A DNA stretch of 63,217 nt, filler included, from Octopus bimaculoides (Eukaryota), in the NCBI RefSeq assembly GCF_001194135.2. It is 6 parts of 6 records of this genome, joined end to end, with 100 filler letters (N's around TTAATTAATTAA, not from the genome) between each part and the next. Parts side by side here need not be neighbours in the genome. Positions count along the whole stretch, not along the records: positions 13,219 to 37,278 come from NC_068990.1; positions 37,379 to 44,778 come from NC_069008.1; 4 more parts are not named here. The stretch is one strand, 5' to 3'. The position numbers and the translations under genes were made by a program. Numbering within the stretch: the stretch's first letter is position 1; each line of letters begins with the position of its first letter. Below are positions 25,990 to 37,414 of this stretch, one piece after another. Below the pieces are notes generated by a model. That model was not told the origin of the DNA, did no database searches, and saw nothing but the letters and a program-made list of their open reading frames with translations.

Positions 25990-27327
25990 AACGAATTGAT
26001 AAATGTCATTTGAAAGTTTTTTTTCAGTTTGTTTAAGAGAAACATTTTCATCTGTTGATTAGAACGCATTTTTTTCTTGGTGATCTTTGACAACTATATC
26101 CGGGCTATTGGACTTAATTTCTCTATCTGTGTGTATTGGCATAACCAAAAATATGGTTGCTTTCTCATATTCAGTGACCTTTTCTGGTTGTGCCTATATC
26201 ATCTTTTTTCTGTTGTTATTCCATAGTGTTGACTTAGATTCCAGTTTATATAGGTCCCAATTCTTAGCAAGGACTGGGCAGCCAGAGACAATATGATTTA
26301 TTGTTCCTTCTCCATCTCCGCATATTCTGCAGTACGTGTATTTCTTTTCATTACATGTTTTTGGTAATTTCTGGTGGGAAGGCTTTCATCTTGTGCCGCA
26401 ATTAAAAATCCTTCAGTCTCTGCTTTGAGTCCTGAGCTTCTGAGCCATAATTGTGATTTTGCATTGTCTATTTCTTTTCTGTTTAATATTTGCCATGAAA
26501 GGGCTTTCTTGTCAGTATCTGCTATGAAGGAGCTTTTCTTGCCAACCCTTTATCATGATCCGTTGCTGTTCCAGTTTTAGTTTGGATTTCAGTTGTGTTA
26601 CAGTTTTCGTTGTTTCTTCTTTTTCTTCATAGTTATTAGGTACTATGACTTCTTTTTTGTATTTGTCAGCTTCCTTAAAGACTGAAAACAGTTTTTTGTT
26701 TAGTTCGTGTTTTGTGGCTAGTTGTATTAGTTTTCCTTGCTTCTGAATCAGGTATTTTTGTAGTCCCATGGTGGTTATTTTGTAATAGTTTTCTAGCTGT
26801 ATAAGGCCTCTACTACCTTCGATAAGTTGTATGTCAGATTTTGGATGGTGCATCCTAAATCCTGTCATTATTTTTCTTGTTTTCCTGTCTATTTTGATTA
26901 GTTCATTTAATGTCCAGTTAAGAATATTGTAACTGTAACTTATAACTGGGACGGCTAGAGTGTTGATACCTATTATCTTGTTTTTCGCATTGAGCTCTGT
27001 TTTCAGTATTAATCTAACTCGTCTATAGTATTCTTTTCTTATCTTTTCTTTCATTTGTATGTGTTGTATCGTATTTAGTTAATTGATTCCTAAGTATTTG
27101 TATGCCTGGCTTTGGTCTAATTCTCTTATTTCATTTGCTTTATCTAGTGTGATGTTACTACTCTTAACTAGTTTTCCTCTTTCCGGGGTTACTTTGACAC
27201 ATATGTTTATTTCTACTGTCTGCAGTAATGTTTCCAGCTGTTTATCATTTGTAGCGTACAGTTTTAGATCACCCATATATAAGAGGTGGCTGATTGTTTT
27301 GCCGAAACAGTTGTATCCACATTCCAG
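25990..27327 (-). mobile_element. R4/Dong-like RLE retrotransposon fragment (RT C-terminus to endonuclease)
   Basis: ISHLLYMGDLKLY...YKYLGI...KEYYRRVRLILKTELNAKNKIIGINTLAVPV...PDIVVKD. Confidence 0.9.
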
Positions 27328-28082
27328 TTCTGTCATCTATTGTATTGTGTTTGCTAAAATTACGCGTGAAGGTTTGACTATTTTTGCTAATCCTAGCTAT
27401 TTCATCTGCTATTTCCTTTAATCGTGATTCACTGTAACCGCGTCTGACATATACAAAAACATTTCCATGTTTCCAGTAATCCCCTATGTCAGTACAAATC
27501 CGTTTTATCCTAAAAAGTTGGGATTTCAGATTTGACCGAATAATATAATATGGATGATCGGAGCGGCGGTAGATATAAATGTGGGATGACGTGGGCTTGC
27601 AAAATAACTCTGTCACTATTCTGCCTCCAGAAAACTTAACTTTTATCTCCAAAATTTCAACTTTAGTTTTTGAAAAACTAGACGTAAATTTTATGTTGGA
27701 CTTAAAGCCATAGTTTTTAGCATAACAGTCACTGAAATGCAAGAAGTTCATTAAACTATCCTGCGATCCTTCTCAGACAAAAAATACGTCATCATTGAAC
27801 CGTAACCAGAGTATTGGTTCAAGACCATGAAGGGATTTGAATGTCTGCAGTAAGTGTGTCTCGAAATTCGTCATAAAGACATTGGCGAAATTAACTCCCA
27901 TGAGGTTATCCATGACGCAACCTTTTGTCTGGTGGTAAAATCGTAATCTAAACTTCATTGTGTTACTTTGTAACACAAGATTCATTAATCTAAAGAGAAA
28001 ATTTGATGGAATACTTTTATTTGACTGCTTTTCGAAGGCATCCATGCATGCTTCTACCCCTTCATCATGGTCAATATTGTTT
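27328..28082 (-). mobile_element. Penelope-like RT fragment (inverted arm)
   Basis: IDHDEGVEAC...FYHQTKGCVM..MGVNFANVFM...WLRFNDDVFF...LFCKPTSSH. Confidence 0.9.
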
Positions 28083-28089
28083 TCCTCCA

Positions 28090-29520
28090 TTAATAAGGTG
28101 GAATGTAGGATTTTACGGTCAGAAAGAAGAACACCTGTATTTTAGAGTCTCCCTAAAAATACATAAAAAATTTGAAAGATTTCCTCCTACGCACTCAATT
28201 TGCAGCGGAAATGAATGTTTGTACGGCCAAGATTTCAGAATAGCTGGATGGCTTTCTACTCCCTGTTGCAAAAGATCAGGTTCCTATATCGGGATACTTT
28301 GATTTTGTGTCTAAAATCAACAACTTTTTTAAGCAACATGTCGAGAACTGTTTTTTGGTAACCATGGATGTTTCTTCCTCATATCCCAATACTGACCATG
28401 ATGAAGGGGTAGAAGCATGCATGGATGCCTTCGAAAAGCGATCAAGCAAAAGTATTCCATCAAATTTTCTCTGTAGATTATTGAAGCATGTGTTACAAAG
28501 TAACACAATGAAGTTTAGACAACGATTTTACCAAACCATCATACATAATTTTTGCAAACACAATACAATAGCTGACAGAATTCCCTTAGTGATTAACTGG
28601 CACCGACATTTCGCTGGCATTTCAAAAGTGTTGCATGAAAGTTACCAGCGTGAGGCGAAAAAATATCCTCGTTTCAAACATATTTCCTCAGTCGCTTATT
28701 GTAGCCTTTAGACGGAATAAGAATATAAGAGAATTATTGACCTCTATTTCTGACTCCAAGAAAACGAACATTGGAGTATCTGCACGCTGTACCTTTTAAG
28801 GTACAGCGTAAGAGAAGTAAGCCCTGTTCATTGTGCAACAACATGACTAAAGTGAATTCCATCAGAAATCATAACAGAAATGTTAAGATTTATACAGAAG
28901 GTGGAATCTGTAAAGATTCCCATTTGGTGTACGCTGTAGAATGCACGAAACACAACTTGTCGGTTGTACGACAGAACAATTAAACAAAAGGTTTAATGGG
29001 CACAGATTCGAAATCAGGCACAAAAACAGTAGTTCGACAGAACTTGCCGAACATTTCGTTTCCAGCAGCTGCAGTTCTGAAGAAGTGCATATTCTCAGAA
29101 AATATTTTGAAACTGCTTCACTTTCACTTCTCAGAGGTATGAGGAGAAATATGCTTGCGGGTTATTAACACCACGCCCTGGAAGAATGAATAAGATGACA
29201 GGAGAATATCATCAAATTTATACAAAACTGTTTGTTTAAATATTCTTCTTTTTCTCTTTTTTCTTTCCTTTTTTCCTGTCGTCTTCTTTTTTTTGTTTTT
29301 TTTCTGTCTTTTTCTTTCAGCCTGTTATAAAATTGAAACTTAAAAACTTATGATGTCATTCCATCAACGTGTGGATGCTGGTTGTTCTCGTTCATACATT
29401 ACGTTTAAATTTCTATAATTTTGAATTTTTTTCACTTATTCTGAACTTGACAAAGACTGACTTACTGTTTAAATATCATTCAACCAATAAAATATCTATT
29501 ACAATCGAATCGCGCTCTTC
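28090..29520 (+). mobile_element. Penelope-like (Neptune-type) element with internal deletion: RT N-part, GIY-YIG and 3' terminal repeat
   Basis: RTPVF.SLPKIHK, FLVTMDVSSSYPN, PCSLC, HLVYAVECTKH..VGCTTEQLNKRFNGHR. Confidence 0.9.
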
Positions 29521-29532
29521 GTCTTAACTATT

Positions 29533-29570
<38 letters not shown>

Positions 29571-29642
29571 TATTATTGTTATTATTATTATTTTTATTAT
29601 TATTATTATTATGATTATTATTATTATTGTTGTTGTTGTTGT

Positions 29643-30953
29643 CTTTGCACAACTTCTAACGCTGGAGATGTACTACGGTGCCAGATGTTCACTACCAGTG
29701 AACCAAGGCAACACCACTTATTTTTCGAGCACCTCCCGGTGTATTATAACGGTTCCAAACAGTGCTGTTTTCTGTAAGTGCTCCACCCTTATTGCAGTCC
29801 CTATTTGCTTCATGTACTTCTGAAGATTTTTACTCACTGTTCCCAGGGCTCCGACAATTATTGGTACGACTACCACCTTTTTCATCGACCACAACTGCTT
29901 AAACTCCCAAGATACCCTGTTACATCTGTCGACTTTTCTTTCTTCCTTACCGCATGCCTTGTTGTCAGTTGGGCATGCTATATCTATGGTCCATCATCGT
30001 CTGCTTTCTTTCGCAATTAACACTATGTCCGATTTCATATTCTCTATCTCATGGTGGCACTGAATTATAAAATCCCATAAGATCTTTGCATTATCATTTT
30101 TGATGATGCCTTCGGGTTTATGTTCGTACTACTTTTTTGCTCTGTCAAGTCCATATTTGTTACAAAGTGCCAAATGGACCATCCTTGCTATGCTGTCATG
30201 ACGTCTCATATTCTTTCTGGGCTGGTGGCGTGCATTAATTGATAATATGCCATACGATTTCACCATTTTGTTCACAAAATCTGCACTTATCACTTTCTGA
30301 TGTGTGGTCTATTTTGTATTTGATGTAATTGGTTCTTAATGCTTGCTCCTAGGCAGCACAGATTAGAGCCTCCGTTTCCTGTTTTAAATCACTTTTGGTC
30401 ATTCATAGCCATCCTTTATCTCTGTCTGTCTTATCTTCAACATCCTTTGAAATTGTCCATGCATTCTTTTCTTTATCCACCTATTTTCAGTTTCATTCAT
30501 TCTCAAGTCCTTGTACAGTGCTTTATCTTTGCAGTCTTCCATCCTACACAAGCCTGACCTTCTTACTTCCAATAATATCGGTTCTGTGGCATTTTTTACA
30601 TACCCTGCTATATTGCTTTCTTCTGCTCTAATGGTGTGTTCGCATCCAATCAGGCCTCTTCCTCCTCTTCTTCTTGGTACATACAGTCTGTCTGTGTTAC
30701 TTTTTGGGTGGAGTATACCATATCTAGTCAGCAACTTTCTTGTCTTTCTGTCTAAGCTGTTTAGTTGTCTACTGTCCATGCGATTACTTCTGCTCCATAT
30801 CTAAGTAGTGAAACCGGCCATGTGTTGATAGCTTCAATCTTATTCCATCTGTTTAATTTCGACTTAAGGATCAGTCTCAGTCTGCACAAGTACTCCACCT
30901 TAAATTTTTCTGTCTTTTCTTTCTCAGTCCATTTATCCATTTCCAATATCTCC

Positions 30954-30955
<2 letters not shown>
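29643..30955 (-). mobile_element. 5'-truncated R4/Dong-like RLE retrotransposon embedded in trinucleotide repeats
   Basis: EYLCRLRLILKSKLN...LDRKTRKLL...HPKSNTDRLYVPRRRGGRGL; TAT/CAT/GTT repeat tracts on both sides. Confidence 0.9.
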
Positions 30956-31009
<54 letters not shown>

Positions 31010-31029
31010 CATCATCATCATCATCATCC

Positions 31030-31060
<31 letters not shown>

Positions 31061-31208
31061 TATCACCATCAACATTATCATCATCATCATCATCCTCCTC
31101 CTCCTCCTCCTCATCATCATCATCCATATCACCATCACCATTATCATCATCATCATCATCGTCGTCGTCGTCTTCCATGTCGCTGCTGTTGTTGTCGTCG
31201 TCATCGTT

Positions 31209-34200
31209 GAGGTAAGATGTGTTTTTCAGAGCTCCGTCAGTTTAAAATTTGTTGTTAATTTTCAAATTTATTGACTGTTTGTTTTTGGTTTTTGTTTTCC
31301 GAACCCATTTTGGTGTACAGGAGTTCTTTTGTTAAACATTTCGGACTTTTTGTCTATTTAAAAAAAATTTCGCTTTCTCGGTTGACGAAAATAGCAAGAT
31401 AGCTTCTTTTGTCGAAGGGAGTGGCAGTAGCTGTTCTGACGGCCAGTACAGTCAAGACTCCCCCCTTTAAACAGCACAATCACAAGCAGTGATGTCAGCA
31501 GCACCACCATCAGTAACAAAGAGAATCTGGCAAGCCAAGAAATTGTTCCAGAAAAAGAGAAGGAGGAAGAAAGAACAACAAAAAAAATAATGACACTGAC
31601 ACCACAAACACGAACAGCATATCTAGCGGCAACGGTTTCGCCTCGGCAGCATACCAGACAAAAGAGTTGATGAATTTAACAAAAAATGAACTACAAATTG
31701 CAAAGAAGTTGTTAAGGAAGGAAGGAAACAACGTCTTCCTTAACACACCTCAGGAGACGGATCGAAAAGCGCTTCGGTACAGTGGAAGTGCATTTTGCTA
31801 CAGAGAAGGAAGCAAGACAGCATTCCACTGTCCCCCTAAAAACAGAAGAATTCCTGCTCGTGTCGACATACCTTGATCGGCGCGTGACGAAAATTAAAAT
31901 TGGAGATGTGTCCCCCGAAATAAATCTATGCTGGCTGGTGGCAGCTGTCCTCTATGATATAGAGAACACCGCCAATATACTGGAGGTGCATAAATTGCGT
32001 CAACAAAATTGGACGGGTCAGGGATCAGAGCTTCTTGTTCACATTTAACAACAAGTCATAAATTCTATCCATGACACCATAAATCTACCAGACGACCGTG
32101 GTGACAACCAACACCTCAAGGTCAACTGCCCCAAATACAAAGAAAAAAAAAAAAAAGTTGCAAGCATCAAGAGAAACAAGGGCACCTCCAGTGCAGCAGC
32201 AGAAAACAACCCCATCACTACCAGCAACAGCGGCGCTGCCTCCAACAGTCGCTAGCGCACCACGAAAACCGGACGGTGTACCACCACCAGCCGGAATGTC
32301 ACCGCAAGCCGAAGTGGTACAGCTGATCGGAGAGCCATCGTCATCAACAACATAGACTTCGTGAATACCACAGGGAAGACTTTGTCTTTCTAACACACAA
32401 TGCACCATCACCACACATAGAGATTTTAAAAAATACAACAGGAAACATTCAATGCTTTGAAAATAAACTTTCCAAATGCTGCTGGCTCCTTTCAAAACAT
32501 TTTCTTCAAAAGGTAAGTTGGTGCTCCTAGATGTGAACAGTAATGACGGCGGTGCTTTCAGACTGGTGGCTGCTTATGCTCCGACAAGGGGCAGGGCGAT
32601 CTGATTACTTCAAGCGTCTAGAGGTTTTCCTGGAAACATCTCGGACTTTAGTATTAGTAAGGGATTGGAGCGCTGTCTTAGATGGACGTTAGATGGACGT
32701 TTCGATTGCTTGATAGAAGAGGTGGGTGCAAAAGCCACAAAAACCTGCTCACACTTTTTCAGTTGTGTGACAGGTACCGATTAGATTACACGAATGTGCC
32801 AATGTGGACTTGGACAAACCGCATCGGGTCATCTAGATCGTATCTAGATAGGGGATTTTGTAGGCCAGCGGACAAGGATAGCATAGGGTGTCCACAATTT
32901 CACATGATCGGCTACAAAGACCACAAATTTGTGATCTGAACGGTCGACTGAGATAGGCCTAATAGGGTCCCGGTTACTGGAAGCTGAACGCGTCGTTACT
33001 GGCATGTCAAGCTTACAGAGATCAGGTTAGGGAATTAGTTAAGCGGGCGTTACGGGTGCAATCGTCAACAACAACTGGTGGATTGATCATAAAAGGGCAA
33101 TTAGAGTAGAATCGATCAGAGCAGAGAGAAATAGAATAGAGGGTGATTTAGTTAGGAAGTTAGATGAGGCACTTAGGTAAGGCATCGCAATTGAAGTGTT
33201 GGCGGCGAGATTAGCCCTTGACCAATCTTTCAACGCCAGACACGAAGGCTGCGTTGTCAGAGCTAGGCACGCTCACTAAGCGGGGAGGGAACGTAAGCAT
33301 CAGGATGGGCCCGCGTGGCAGAAGCGTAAAGTGGCAATAAGCCGCCATTTGGTCTTTGGTGGACCAGAACGGATGCGTTGTGTTCGAGCCGAAACAGATG
33401 TGTGCAGCTTTTCAGCGGCACTTTGCTCGACTGCCCGAGACGAATGGTGGTGTAGATAACATAGCAGACTTCAGTCTCTACCTAGTCGGCCTGCCACCAC
33501 TCTCGACGAGCGGAGTGCTGCGAAAGGCCGATAACAGCCGCCGAAATACAGGAAGCGATGAAGAGTTGCCCGAGAGAAGAACTGGGATGAGGTGTTGAGC
33601 AGGATAGCCAATCTCACCCAGAAATGGGCCGAGAGAAAGCTGTCCATGAAAGGTTCAGCGGAGGTGTCAAATGCGTACATGGCATCTGTCATCTATTTCC
33701 GCTTGACTGTCGTCCCTTGTCCTGTTTGCTGCTTGACCAAGCTGGTGTGCTTACTCTTCCGCTTTTTGTGGAAGGGGCGCGTTCCACTGGTCAGGCGCTC
33801 CATCTGTTGTCAACAGCCACTGAATGGATGGCTGGACATGCCATGGTTATTGATGCGCGGACATGCGCTGAGGTTGCGGTATCTCCAGCGATTCCTTGAC
33901 GGTGAGCATATGTGGTCACCGTTTGTAATACACGCTTTTCCACAGCTCGTCTCTTTAATGAGTTGCAATCCTGGATTAGGCGTAGACCGAGGAGGGGCGC
34001 TTGGCACCTCAAATGCCATGAAGCGCTCACAGCCCCCCTGCCAGGCGGGTAATGCGGTCGGTTCTACTCTAGCGTTATATAAAGGACTAGTGAAGGGAAA
34101 GTGCGACGGCATTCTCGAGGAAACTCTGGGCGTCGATGAAGATCAACTAACCGGTCTGTTTCGGAGAACTTTCGGGCCTGGGCCTATGGACAACTTCCAG

Positions 34201-34920
34201 AAATCACTTGCCTGGCAGTGATATCGAGGGACGCTGCCTGTTCGAGATAAACTTTACAGGCATGGAAGTGCCGTCAGCCGAGGTGCGCCCAAAACGATGA
34301 AACCGTTCTGCATGCCCTAGTCCAGTGCCCGAGTATTGCTGACCTGTAAGTTTGTGTCGAACACCTGCTGTCGCGTGTAGGACGAATCCGGCTATCAGCT
34401 GAATCCATTGCGAAGATGCCTCGCTGCCCTCTTTTGACCGGGAGGGGAANNNNNNNNNNNNNNNNNNNNNNNNNNNNNNNNNNNNNNNNNNNNNNNNNNN
34501 NNNNNNNNNNNNNNNNNNNNNNNNNNNNNNNNNNNNNNNNNNNNNNNNNNNNNNNNNNNNNNNNNNNNNNNNNNNNNNNNNNNNNNNNNNNNNNNNNNNN
34601 NNNNNNNNNNNNNNNNNNNNNNNNNNNNNNNNNNNNNNNNNNNNNNNNNNNNNNNNNNNNNNNNNNNNNNNNNNNNNNNNNNNNNNNNNNNNNNNNNNNN
34701 NNNNNNNNNNNNNNNNNNNNNNNNNNNNNNNNNNNNNNNNNNNNNNNNNNNNNNNNNTAACTTAAAGCGTCTCCCCGCTGGAAGTTTAAATTGTTTAATT
34801 TTAATTGTTATTATATACTTTACACGTTTTAAAACCCATTGTATCGTGTTGTTTTTGTCCTTTATGTTGTTGTATGCCGCTTAATGTAATTTTATGTCAG
34901 CCCTTGTGGCCAATAAACGA
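31209..34920 (+). mobile_element. Near full-span Tx1/L1-clade LINE remnant (ORF1, APE endonuclease, RT core deleted, C-terminus, polyA signal)
   Basis: RLVAAYAP, WTWTNRIGSSRSYLDR, LLFRFLWKGRVPLVRRSICCQ, TLPVRDKLYRH; AATAAA at 34912 followed by (ATT)n; 5' boundary approximate. Confidence 0.85.
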
Positions 34921-34980
<60 letters not shown>

Positions 34981-34989
34981 TTCATTAGC

Positions 34990-35900
34990 ATCTTCTTTCA
35001 ATTCTGTATCCATTTCTTGCGGAGTGTCTTCCTGAAACCTAGGGCAAAAAACCGTACTTTATACATTGGTAGGCCATTAAAACAAACACATCAGATTGTT
35101 CATTTACAGAGCCATGTGATAGAGAAAAAGGGGAAGACAGAGGGAAAAAGGAAAAAATTAAAAATAAGAAAAGTAAACAAATACAATAAAGGGGGAAAAG
35201 GAACGAAAATTCAAAGCGACAATTCTCTTCTCAATACATGTGACGTACCAGTTAAGACAATCTTTTGCACCTCCTGCATGGATGTTAAGCCAGGCATCAT
35301 TCTTAAATAATTTTCAGTTCCATTTTGATCATTGCAAGTGCTCCTACAATCACTGGTATTGTAACCGTTTTGAGGTACCACATTTTTTCGATTTCGATTA
35401 GCAAATTTTCTGGGCTTATCAAAATCTTTTGCCGAGATATTATGGCCCATGTCAATCAATAAACAGACTTTATTGCTTTTGTCTTTCACAACAATACCTG
35501 GTTTATTAGCTTTGATGGTTCGGTCTATATATACTGGAAGATCGCAAAGAATAGTTTCATTTTTTTCCCTCAGTTACATCCAGAGGGGTACTTGTACAAT
35601 TTGTCAGCAGTTTTGATTTTATAATGCCAACACATTATCCAAATTAGATATTGGCCAACTCTCTCGTGTCTTGATTTGTACTCTACAGGATCTAAAACCT
35701 TACATCCAGCGATTAGGTGGTCGACTGGTTCTCTCCCATCGTTGCAGTATCGGCACTTTGGGTCTACACCATTTTTCATTACATTGGCTTGATAGTTCCG
35801 GGTCAATAAGCTCTGATCTTGGGCAGCCAAGGTGAAGCCTTCACTCTCTGCCTTTAAGCCAGAGCTCCGTAGTAACTGATGGATGTGCATCAGGTCGAGT
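34990..35900 (-). mobile_element. R4/Dong-like RLE retrotransposon 3' fragment
   Basis: LKAESEGFTLAAQDQSL.TRNY...KCRYC....PVDHLIAGC...RHERVGQYL; KVCLLID. Confidence 0.9.
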
Positions 35901-36565
35901 AGCCCATCCCGCTCAAATGGACGCTGAATAAGGGTTGTTGAAGGATGCTGAATGAAGCACCCATGTTTCCAGAGGTAAATTATTCCAGAGGTGAATTGGA
36001 GAACAGCCGCAAGAGAGGTAAGCCCTGTTCATTATGCAACAAGTGTCAAGTGAATTCCATCAGGAATCATAGCAGAAATGTTATGATTTATACAGAAGGT
36101 TGGACATGTAAAGATTCCCATTTGGTGTACGCAGCACAATGCACAAAACACAAATTGAATTATGTTGGTTGTACAACAGAATAATTAAACAAAAGGCTTA
36201 ATGGGCACAGATTCAACGTCAGGCACAATAACAGTAGTTCGACAGAACTTGCTGAACATTTCGTTTCAAACGGCTGCACTTCTGCTTCACTTTCACTTCT
36301 CAGAATGCATGAGGAGAAATATGTTTGTGGGTTATTAACATCACACCCTGGAGAAATGAATAAGATGACAGGAGAATATCATCAAAATTTATACAAAACT
36401 GAAGTATATTTGCCACTTAAATGCGGCTAGACCTAAGGGTGAATGCTACTGTTGCTTTTAGCCCCAGGAGAACCTCTCCTCCAGCTGATTATTGACACAC
36501 TTTCTGTGCCCTGTTGGTATTTGCAAAGGGAAGTCATTCTTCCCATCGTCGATCTCACGTGATAC

Positions 36566-36608
36566 GCACGGACTCGAGTTTCTGGGTATTTACCCTTCGT
36601 CAGCGTAC
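36566..36608 (-). ncRNA. Type-I hammerhead-like motif
   Basis: GTACG-CTGACGA-A-GGGT(aaat)ACCC-A-GAA-ACTCGAGT-C-CGTGC. Confidence 0.65.
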
Positions 36609-36646
36609 GACAATCACCGATCTTCGATGCGAAGGGCTCCCTTGTC

Positions 36647-36689
36647 GTACGCTGACGAAGGGTAAATACCCAGAAACTCGAGTCCATGC
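36647..36689 (+). ncRNA. Type-I hammerhead-like motif, inverted twin with one stem I mismatch
   Basis: GTACG-CTGACGA-A-GGGT(aaat)ACCC-A-GAA-ACTCGAGT-C-CATGC. Confidence 0.55.
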
Positions 36690-37378
36690 GTATCACGTCA
36701 GATCGACGATGGGAAGGATGACTTCCCTTTGCAAATACCGACAGGGCACAGAAAGTGTGTCAATAGCCAGCTGGAGGGGATGTTCTCCTGGGGCTAAAAG
36801 CAACAGTAGCATTTACCCTTAGGTTCTAGTCGCATTTAAGTGGCAAATATACTTCACATTGTCGTGCAGTTACTGTTTATACCTCGTTCAAAGATTTAAC
36901 ATTGTTTATACATAACTGTTTGATTAAATATTCTTTTTCCTTTTCTTTTTTCATTTTTCTCTCTCTTATTTTCTGTCTTTTCATTTTGCCAGTTATAAAA
37001 TTGAAACTTAAAGACTGATATTATCATTCCATCAACGTGAGGACGCTAGTTGCTCTCATTCATATTTTATATTTGAATTTCTATAATTTTGAATTTTTAT
37101 CACTTTTTATTTTGAACTGGACAAAGACGGGCTTGCTGTCGAAATATCGTTCAACCAATAAAATATCTATTGCAATCGCATTGCGCTCTTCATCTTATCT
37201 GTTTACATTTGTGAAGAGTTAGGTCAGTCCTTTTAAAGTCTTCTTCTTCTTCTTCTTCTTCTTCTTCTTCTTCTTCTTNNNNNNNNNNNNNNNNNNNNNN
37301 NNNNNNNNNNNNNNNNNNNNNNTTAATTAATTAANNNNNNNNNNNNNNNNNNNNNNNNNNNNNNNNNNNNNNNNNNNN

Positions 37379-37414
<36 letters not shown>

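Larger units (their letters stand above)
36402..36904. mobile_element. Fold-back insertion (~212-bp arms, 28-nt loop, 50-nt tail) with a 14-bp target-site duplication
   Basis: Arms 36402-36613 and 36642-36854; TSD TTTATACAAAACTG (36388-36401) and TTTATACATAACTG (36905-36918). Confidence 0.9.
36005..37200 (+). mobile_element. Penelope-like 3' fragment (GIY-YIG and terminal repeat), same family as 28770-29520, interrupted by a fold-back insertion
   Basis: KPCSLC...HLVYAAQCTKHKLNYVGCTTE; high similarity to 28810-29520. Confidence 0.85.
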
